Below, one piece after another: positions 18,818 through 27,373 of a DNA stretch of 64,000 nucleotides. Below the pieces are notes generated by a model. It was not told where the DNA came from. It saw nothing but the letters and a program-made list of their open reading frames with translations, and ran no database searches. The translations under genes were made by a program, and so were the position numbers. How positions within the stretch are numbered: the first letter of the stretch is position 1; every line of letters begins with the position of its first letter. The DNA comes from an uncultured Acidobacteriota bacterium (GTDB taxonomy: Bacteria; Acidobacteriota; Thermoanaerobaculia; UBA5066; Gp7-AA6): contig CAVZNW010000001.1 in assembly GCA_963776755.1 (NCBI GenBank), positions 68,866-132,865 of the forward strand, in the 5' to 3' direction.

Positions 18818-20888
18818 TTACTGGAGGCCGAAAGTCTTGACGATGAACACGGCCATCTGTCCGCGAGTCGAGGAGTTGTCGGGGCAGTAGAGCGGCGGCG
18901 AAGCCTGGCAGCCGCCGGTGATGCCCTCGGCGGCGAGGCGCTCGATGAAGTCGACGGCGGCCGCGCCCGGGCAAGGGACGTCGTCGAAGACGCCGGCGCA
19001 GGCGGGCGGGACGTAGCTGGAGCCGTGCTCGGTCTTGAGGAGGAAGACCGCCATCTGTCGCCTGGTGACGAAGTTGTTGGGGCAGAAGTTGCCGCCGCCG
19101 CAGCCGGTCGTGATGCCTTCCGCGGCGAGGGCCTCGATCCAGTCGGCGAAGGTGGAGGGACAGGGCACGTCGGGGAAGGCGCTGGCACACGGGGGAGGCA
19201 CGTAGCAGAGGCCGTGCTCGGCCTTCAGGAGGAAGACGGCCATCTGCTGGCGCTTGGTGCCCTGGTCGACGCCGTAGAGACTGCCGCCGACCCCGGCGGT
19301 GATGCCGTTCGAGACGAGGGTCGTGACGAACGAATAAAACTGATGCGCCGGCGTGACGTCGAGAAAGTCGGCGACGAAAGCCTTGGGGAGGGTGCCGCGG
19401 CTGCCGTCGAGGTTGGTCACGACGATGTCGTTGACCGTGCCGGCGGCAAGCGCGGGCGCCGTGATCGTCGCCGACGTGAAGGAGTTGACGGTGACTCCCG
19501 CCGCCGCGACTCCCCCGACCGTGACCGCCGCACCGTCGAGGAAGTCGGTGCCCGTCAAGCCGAGGATGGCACCGCCGGCGGGCGGTCCCGAGGAGACGCT
19601 CGTCGCGAACGGGATTCGCTGCGAGAACTCCGACGTCTTTCCCGCCGGATCGGTGGCGGTCGCGGTGATGCGGGCGCCGGCGGCGACGGACACGGGAAGC
19701 GTGACGTCGAATGCGCCCGTGCCCGAGCCGTCCGTCGAAACCTGGCCCGAGCCGATGTAGGTCTGGCCCTCGAGGAACTCGCGGGGAAATCGGGAGCAGA
19801 CGGGGTTCTCATAGAAGTCGAGGTCGAAGGTCGTCGACGGAAGCGAGTGAAGGACCCCCTGGATTCGAGTCGAAGCCCCCGACGGCAGCAGTGCCTCGAC
19901 GGAGGAGACGATCGGGAAGTTCTGCTGGCCGTTGGAGCCGCCGTCGCCGTCGCCCGCGTCGTTCGGGAGCGGCAAGTTCGGGTCCGACTGACTGCCTAGG
20001 CGGATGCCCAGAAAGCCGTTGTCGAAGATGGAGTTTCCGCGGATCGTGAGCGTCTGGGAGTCGCCGCTCGAGCCGATGCCGACTCTGGAATTGCCCGCGA
20101 TGATGTTGCCTTCTTCGGGCGTGAGGCCGCCGATCGTCGACGTCGTCGGCCCGAGCCCCGAGAACGAAATGCCGAACTGTTCGTTCGGGATCGCCGCGGT
20201 CGCGTTCTTGTCGAGGCCGATGATGTTCCCCTGGATGACGGAGGTCGATCCGCCGTTGAAGTTGCTGCTCACGCTGATCGCGACGTTGGTGTTTCCGGAG
20301 ATCAGATTTCGATCCTCCGGATTCGTTCCTCCGATCGTGGCGCTGACGGTTCCGCCCTGGGTGAACGCGATGTCGACTCCGATCCCATTGGGCGACGCGG
20401 AGAGGCCGGTCGCATCCGTGCCGAGGAAGTTGCCGGCGACGACGATGCCCGTGGGGCTGCCCGAGATGGGGTTGGTGAGCTGGATGGCGTCGCTGCACCG
20501 GTTGATGACGAGACCCCGCACCGTCGTGTCGCTGGCGAGGATCGTGATGCAGCGGTTCGGCGCCGAGGTGCCGTCGATCTCGATCTGCAGGGCCGTGTTC
20601 AGCCCCCCCGTGGCATTCGTGTTGGCGGCGCTGCCGGGCTGGGTGTAGCCGTCGATCGTCACCGGGTTCGAGATGATCGGCAGCAGCGAGAGAGGCGTGA
20701 TTGTGTGCACCCCCGCTGCCGGGGATGTTGAAGGCGATCGTGTCGGCCCCGGGGCTGGCCTCGGCGTCGAGGATCGCCTGCCGCAGCGACCCCGCTCCGG
20801 AGTCGTCGGTGTTCGTCACCGTGAAGGTGGCCGCGGAGAGCGAGGCGCAGACCGCGAGGGAAAGACCCAGCGATCCGAGGATCTTCAT
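18818..20888 (-). CDS. P9: array paralog, one frame break as assembled (C5/G5 run 20710-20714)
   Basis: AGGGAG lies 7 nt before ATG 20888: MKILGSLGLSLAVCASLSA|[40 protein letters not shown]. An extra G in ..AGC GGG GGT GCA.. then shifts into ORF 18818..20710 ([26 protein letters not shown] ... IVKTFGLQ-stop). Confidence 0.88.
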
Positions 20889-21081
20889 CGGAGACTCCCT
20901 TTCAGGGTTCGAGCGACGGTCACGGCGGGGCCGCCGCTGCGCCCAGGGGCGTGCGGCCCGCCGTTCCGTCGCCTCCGCGCGAGCCATTCCTGCTTACATC
21001 CGCGAGAAACGGACCCAAAACGTGCCAGAGGGTCTCGGGTCGGCTCAGCACGAGGCTTGTAACAGTCTGAGGATATGAGGG

Positions 21082-21111
21082 TTAAGTCGTAGTCCCGGGT
21101 TCGTATCTAAT
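21082..21111 (+). promoter_or_regulatory. Candidate sigma70-like promoter for sigma-1 (TTAAGT-18 nt-TCTAAT) in a low-GC island
   Basis: The 21040-21130 stretch is the most AT-rich in the window. The -10 match TCTAAT lies 19 nt before ATG 21131. No clear SD is present. Confidence 0.25.
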
Positions 21112-21130
21112 AACCGAACTCGAAACGGAC

Positions 21131-21718
21131 ATGGAGAACAAGGACCAAGCGCCCCCCGGCGAGGTGACCGGCCTCCTGCTGGCCTGGAACGCCGGTGATC
21201 GGGCGGCGCTCGAGCGGCTGATGCCGCTCGTCTACGCGGAATTGCGCGCGATCGCGGAGCGCCACTTCCGCCGGGAGCGCCCGGGACACACGCTCCAGCC
21301 GACCGCCGTCGTCCACGAGGCGTACTTCCGGCTCGTCGACCAGACGCGGGTGACCTGGCGAAACCGCGGCCACTTCCTGGCGATCGCCTCGCAGGCGATG
21401 CGCCGGATCCTGATCGACCACGCGCGCGGCCGGGACGCCGAGAAGCGGGGCGGGCATGCCGAGCGCGTGACGCTCGACTTCGGGATGGAGATGGCCTCGC
21501 CCGAGCCCGGACGCGATGTCGACCTGCTGGCGCTCGACGAGGCCCTCGAGAGGCTCAAGGCGCTCGACGTCGCGCAGGCGCAGATCGTGGAGCTGCGCTT
21601 CTTCGGGGGACTGACGATCGAGGAGGCGGCCGACGTCATGGAGACCTCGCCTTCGTCGGTCAAACGCGACTTTCGCTCGGCGAAGGCCTGGCTGTTCCGC
21701 GAGCTCGCCCTGGGATGA
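21131..21718 (+). CDS. ECF-type RNA polymerase sigma factor (kinase-linked subtype, TIGR02999/ECF43-like from memory)
   Basis: 195 aa. EVTGLLLAWNAGDRAALERLMPLVYAELRAIAERHF...TAVVHEAYFRL (region 2). IVELRFFGGLTIEEAADVMETSPSSVKRDFRSAKAWL (region 4 HTH). The stop overlaps the kinase start (ATGA 21715-21718). Confidence 0.9.
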   Translation: MENKDQAPPGEVTGLLLAWNAGDRAALERLMPLVYAELRAIAERHFRRERPGHTLQPTAVVHEAYFRLVDQTRVTWRNRGHFLAIASQAMRRILIDHARGRDAEKRGGHAERVTLDFGMEMASPEPGRDVDLLALDEALERLKALDVAQAQIVELRFFGGLTIEEAADVMETSPSSVKRDFRSAKAWLFRELALG

Positions 21719-24159
21719 CTCCCGAGCGCTGGAGACGCGTGCGGGAAATCTTCGACCGCGCCGCGGATCTGGCGCCGGGTGAGCGCGACCGGTTCCTGGC
21801 CTCGGAGTGCGGCCCCGACCCGGGCCTCGACGCCGAGGTCCGGTCGCTCCTCGCCTCGGGCGCGGCGGCGGGCGCGTTTCTCGAGGTCCCCGCCGCCGAG
21901 CAGGTCGGCCGCTGGGCCCCGGCGGCGCCGGAACCGCTGCCCTCCTCGATCGGGCCGTGGGAAATCGTTCGAGAGCTCGGGCACGGCGGGATGGGCGCGG
22001 TCTACCTCGGCGTGCGCCGCGACGGGGAGTTCGAGCGCACCGCGGCCGTCAAGCTCGTGCGCCGCGGCATGGACACGGACTTCATCCTGCGGCGCTTCCG
22101 GACCGAGCGCGAGATCCTGGCCGGGCTCGATCACCCCAACATCGCGCGCCTGCTCGACGGAGGTTCGACCGCGGAGGGGATTCCGTACTTCGCGATGGAG
22201 TACGTGGAGGGCGACCACCTGCTCGAGGCGTGCACGGCGCGCGGCTGGGACGAGCGCGCGAGGATCGGGCTCTTTCTCCTGGTCTGCGAAGCGGTGGCCT
22301 ACGCGCACCGGCACCTCGTGGTCCACCGGGACCTGAAGCCGTCGAACATTCTCGTCACACCGGAGGGCGTGCCGAAGCTCCTCGACTTCGGCCTGGCGCG
22401 CCTCCTTCAACCGGAGGCGGGGCAGGTCGGCGAGAGGACGGAAACGATGTTCCGGCTGCTCACGCCCGACTACGCCAGCCCCGAGCAGGTGCGGGGCGAG
22501 CGCATCACGACGGCGACCGACATCTACTCCCTCGGTGTCGTGCTCTACCACCTGCTCGCGGGCCGGAGCCCCTATCGCACGACCGGGTCGGCGGAAGCGA
22601 CCGCCCGCGCCGTCTGCGACCAGGAGCCCGAGAAGCCGGGCCTCTCCCGCGACCTCGACAACATCGTGCTGATGGCCCTGCGCAAGGAGCCCGAGCGCCG
22701 CTACGACTCGGTCGGCGCGCTCGCCGAGGACCTGAAGCGCTACCTCGAGGGCCGGCCGGTGGTCGCCCGGAAGGACACGCTCGCGTACCGCACCGGCAAG
22801 TTCGTCGCGCGGCACAAGGCCGGGACGGCCGCGGCGGCGCTCGGGGCGCTGGCCCTCGTCGCCGCCCTCGCCGCCGCCGTGCACCAGGCGCGCGTCGCCG
22901 GCCTCGAGCGGGCGGCGGCCGAAAGGCACTTCAACGACGTCCGCCAGCTCGCGGACTCGTTCCTCTTCGAGTTCCACGACGCCATCAAGGACCTCCCCGG
23001 ATCGACGCCCGCGCGGGAGCTCGTGGTCCGCCGGGCGCTGGAGTACCTGGAGAAGCTGTCGAGCGTGAAGAGCGGAGACCCGGACCTCCAGCGCGAGCTC
23101 GCGTCGGCGTACGAGAGGGTCGCCCGGGTCCAGGGGGGCCTCTTCGAATCGCACCTGGGCGACACGGAGGGCGCCCGCGAGAGCCTCCTGCGGGCCGTCC
23201 AGATCCGGGAGAGGCTCGCCGGAACGGGCGCGCCGGCGGCGCGCGACCGGGCCGCCCTGGCCGAGACGGAGCTTCAGCTCGCGCAGGTCCTGATGGTGGC
23301 GGGCGACGCCTCCGGAGCGGCGGCGCAGGCGCGGCGGGCGCTCGCGGCGCTCACGGCCCTCTCGGCGGCCTCGCCCGGCGACCGGGTCATCGAGGCGCGC
23401 CTCGCCCGGGCCCACCGATATCTCGGCGCGGCGCTCTCGCGCGAAGGCGCGCGCGAGGAGGGGATCGCGGAGCTGCGCACGGCGGCGCGGGCCTTCGAAG
23501 CCCTGGCCGCGGCCGAGCCGTCGAGCGCCGCCTACCAGCGCGAGCTCGGGATCACGCACCAGATGATCGTCCATGGTCTCGGCGGCACCGGCGAGCGCGA
23601 GGCGGCGCTGGAGAGCTACGCGAAGGCGGTCGTGCTGCAGGAGGATCTCGTCCGCGGCGAGCCCGGCAACTTCTCGCTCAAGCGCGAGCTCGCCTACACG
23701 CACGTCAGCATGGGCGCGTTCTGCGAATGGAGCGGCGATGCGAAGGGCGCCCTGCAGGCCTACCGGACGGCGCTGCCGATTCTCGAGTCGCTCGTCGAGG
23801 CCGATCCCCGGAACGCGGACGCGCGGCTCCTGCTGGCCGAGACCCGCAACAGCGTCGGGTACGGCCAGGCGTTGTCGGGACAGACGGCGGCGGCGCTCGA
23901 GAACCTGCGCGGGGCCAGGGCGCTGCTCGAGCCGATCGTCGCCGCCGACCCCGCCAACGCGCGCGCGGCCCTCGACCTTGCGAGGCTCTACGAGAGCTTC
24001 GGCACGGCGCGCTCCGCCGAACGGGCGGAGGCGCTCGCCTGGTACCGGCGGAGCGAGGCCGCATACGTGGCGCTGCGCGCGCGCGGCCTCCTCGATGCGC
24101 AGGCCGCCCAGGAGCTCGAGGCGGTCTCGAAAAAGATCGCGGGCCTCAGTCCCGCCTGA
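21715..24159 (+). CDS. Ser/Thr protein kinase with one TM helix and a long TPR-like C-terminal domain, intact (814 aa)
   Basis: N-terminal MTPERWRRVREIFDRAADLAPGERDRFL. Kinase motifs GHGGMGAVYLG, AVKLV, HRDLKPSNILV, DFGLARLL, SPEQ. TM segment AAAALGALALVAALAAAV. The remaining ~420 aa are helical repeats. Confidence 0.92.
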   Translation: MTPERWRRVREIFDRAADLAPGERDRFLASECGPDPGLDAEVRSLLASGAAAGAFLEVPAAEQVGRWAPAAPEPLPSSIGPWEIVRELGHGGMGAVYLGVRRDGEFERTAAVKLVRRGMDTDFILRRFRTEREILAGLDHPNIARLLDGGSTAEGIPYFAMEYVEGDHLLEACTARGWDERARIGLFLLVCEAVAYAHRHLVVHRDLKPSNILVTPEGVPKLLDFGLARLLQPEAGQVGERTETMFRLLTPDYASPEQVRGERITTATDIYSLGVVLYHLLAGRSPYRTTGSAEATARAVCDQEPEKPGLSRDLDNIVLMALRKEPERRYDSVGALAEDLKRYLEGRPVVARKDTLAYRTGKFVARHKAGTAAAALGALALVAALAAAVHQARVAGLERAAAERHFNDVRQLADSFLFEFHDAIKDLPGSTPARELVVRRALEYLEKLSSVKSGDPDLQRELASAYERVARVQGGLFESHLGDTEGARESLLRAVQIRERLAGTGAPAARDRAALAETELQLAQVLMVAGDASGAAAQARRALAALTALSAASPGDRVIEARLARAHRYLGAALSREGAREEGIAELRTAARAFEALAAAEPSSAAYQRELGITHQMIVHGLGGTGEREAALESYAKAVVLQEDLVRGEPGNFSLKRELAYTHVSMGAFCEWSGDAKGALQAYRTALPILESLVEADPRNADARLLLAETRNSVGYGQALSGQTAAALENLRGARALLEPIVAADPANARAALDLARLYESFGTARSAERAEALAWYRRSEAAYVALRARGLLDAQAAQELEAVSKKIAGLSPA

Positions 24160-24177
24160 GGACCGGGCCCGGCTCGA

Positions 24178-24868
24178 TCAGTGCTTGCCGGGCTCGAGCG
24201 CGACGCCCTTGCGCGTCGGACAGGATGTAGGCCTCGACCGACGCGCAGCCGCGGGTCGTTCTCGGGCAGCGGCTTGCCCTTGAGCGGGTTCTCGATGCAC
24301 CAGTTGATCATGTCGCGCAGCAGCGCCACCTTCTTGAGTCTGCGTCTGGAACTTCGGATAGGTCTCCGGGTGCGTGTTCGATCGCGTCGGGATGGCACAT
24401 GTCGCAGGAGATCGCCGATGGTGCCGCCGAGGGCCTTGGCGTTGTGGAAGTTCTTGTAGCCCTCGTCGATCCACTTCTTCTCCTCGCGCTTCCAGAGCAT
24501 CTGGTCGCGGGCCGTGAACTTCGTGGGCTGGCCCGGTCCCGCGCGGCGGCCGGGGCCGCGCGCCTGTCGCGCGGCTTCGGCGGCCGGCCGCCTCCGCCGC
24601 CCAGGACGCCCAGCGCACCTCGCCCTGGCTCTTGCGCCAGACCTGCATCATCTCGGCGGCGACCTTGCGGGCCTCGGCCGGGGGCAGCTCCTGCCCGGGC
24701 TTCAGGCCCGGGCACCGTCATCGCGCTCGTCGCCGTCGCAGAGCGAGACCGTCACGTCCGTTGTCGGCGGCGGCCTTCGGAGTCGCCGCGCGGCGAGCCG
24801 GCCAGGGCCAGCGCCGGCCGCCGGGAGCCACCGCCAGGAGCCAGAGTCGCTCGAGCGCTCGTTGCCAT
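24178..24868 (-). pseudogene. c-type cytochrome (CxxCH), last gene of the peroxidase operon; about 6 frame breaks as assembled
   Basis: GGAGG lies 7 nt before ATG 24868. Pieces across three minus frames: ..PAEARKVAAEMMQVWRKSQGEVRW.., ..ARDQMLWKREEKKWIDEGYKNFHNAKALGGTIG, ISCDMCHPDAIEH, THPETYPKFQTQT, LKKVALLRDMINWCIENPLKGKPLPENDPRL, ..VEAYILS, RKGVALEPGKH-stop. Confidence 0.5.
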
Positions 24869-24879
24869 CGTCGTCCTCC

Positions 24880-25993
<1,114 letters not shown>

Positions 25994-25997
<4 letters not shown>

Positions 25998-27150
25998 CGC
26001 GATCCCTCCTTCTTGGCGGGGTCCTGGAGCTCGGCCCGGGTGGGCGCGCCCGCGCCCTGGCCGGTCAGCGACTCCATGAACGCCACCAGGTCCTGCTTCT
26101 CCTGATCCGTGAGCTTCAGCGGGACGATGCCGCCGTCGAGGTACGGGTTCGGCTCGCCGCCCTTGTCGTAGAAGTTCACCACGTCGAGCGAGCGTGGCCT
26201 CGCTGCCGTCGTGCATGTAGGGCGCGGTCAGCGCGACGTCGCGCAGGCCCGGGCGTCTTGAAGGCGCCGATGTCCTTGGGCTGCTTCGTGACGACGAACC
26301 GCCCGAGCTCGGTGAAGTCGGGGTTGAAGGCGAGCTCGTCGCGGGTTCGCTCACGCCGGCGGCCTTCGCGGGCCAGGCCGGCGAAGTCGCGGCCCTTGGC
26401 GGCGACGCCGATGTTGTGGAACTTGTTGTCGGAGAAGTTCGGCGTGGCGTCGCCGAAGGGATGGCAGGTGTTGCAGCGGGCCTTGCCGTTCCAGAGCTCC
26501 CAGCCGCGCTGGGCGGACTCGGAGATGCGCGGTCTTGTCGCCCGCATGGAAGCGGTCGAAGGGCGAGTTCGCCGCTGACCACCGTCCGCTCGAAGGTGGC
26601 GATCGACGGCCACGATGTCGTCGATCGTGGGCTCGCGGCCGAAGACCTTCTGGAACGCCTGCCGGTACTCCGGCACGCCCGTCACGACTTCCACCACGAC
26701 GTCGTGGCTGTCCATGCCCATCTCGACGGGGTTGATCATCGGCCCCTTGGCCTGCTCCTCGAGGCTCGGCGCGCGGCCGTCCCAGAACTGGAACTCGTTG
26801 AAGACCGCGTTCAGGACCGTCGGGCTGTTGCGGGTTCCCTTCTTGCCGCCGACGCCCTCGGACACCTTCTTGCCGTCGGAGAAGCCCTTGTCCGGATCGT
26901 GGCAGGTGGCGCACGACACCGTGCCGTCCTTCGAGAGCCGCTTGTCGTAGTAGAGCTTCCGGCCGAGCGCCACCTTCTCGGGGGTCACGGGATTGTCGGG
27001 CGGGATCAGCATCTCCCACAGGTCCGCCGGCAGCCCCGCGGGCAGGGTGCGCGGAGGCTCGGCGCCCGATGCCAGAGCGAGGATTGCAAACCCGAGGACG
27101 CAAGCTGCGAGGGGGCCGAATCGCGACCGCCGTCTCTTCACTGCGTTCAT
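25994..27150 (-). pseudogene. Di-haem cytochrome c peroxidase (CCP/MauG family); 5 frame breaks as assembled
   Basis: MNAVKRRRSRFGPLAACVLGFAILALASG (signal). CATCHDP and CNTCHPF haem motifs. [103 protein letters not shown]. Breaks lie near 26608, 26570, 26528, 26250 and 26190; three of them are single-base insertions. Confidence 0.8.
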
Positions 27151-27314
27151 GCTCCAACCATATGGAGCGTCCCGGTTTCGGGAATGATGTAGCTGCATCA
27201 ACCGCCGAGCAGACTCGATGGAGCGAAAACATCTTGACGGCGGCACCGCCGCCTCGGTGCTCGCCCGTCGTCGACGACGTCGCTCGAGCTACGCCGACCC
27301 GGAACCGGCGGTCA

Positions 27315-27356
27315 TCATTGAAGGGCGAGTGTCTTCACGATGAGCCGACCGCCATG
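27315..27356 (-). pseudogene. Relic duplicate of the family 3' tail (..HGGRLIVKTLALQ-stop) just downstream of the P10 stop
   Basis: ATGGCGGTCGGCTCATCGTGAAGACACTCGCCCTTCAATGA aligns with the true P10 end ATGGCGGTGTTCATCGTCAAGACCTTCTCTCTTCAGTGA. Confidence 0.5.
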
Positions 27357-27373
27357 CGCCCTCCTACACGCCG

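Noticed and set aside
14565-19190. Giant single ORFs spanning several units (14565..19190 at 1541 aa, 55804..60513 at 1569 aa, 2203..6270 at 1355 aa, 9645..12749, 37285..40221, 31636..34875)
   Set aside because: These are not giant fusion proteins. The connecting segments are Arg/Pro-rich off-frame reads of the neighbour's SLH region, which stay open only because of GC content. Each unit has its own SD, start codon and signal peptide.
20710-20714. Phase variation or programmed frameshifting at homopolymer runs (C5 at 20710, A5 at 35038, G7 at 9318 and 48624, C7 at 6264)
   Set aside because: The tracts are short. Many breaks are at non-homopolymer sites, and breaks also hit non-surface genes (peroxidase, phosphoesterase, cytochrome, kinase). 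This idea is kept only as a minor alternative within the frame-break finding.
21232-23703. 823-aa minus ORF opposite kinase 1, and likewise 45381..48167 opposite kinase 2
   Set aside because: This is the same shadow effect. The plus-strand frames carry complete kinase motifs, and the minus-strand translations are Arg/Gly/Glu-rich with no recognisable motifs.
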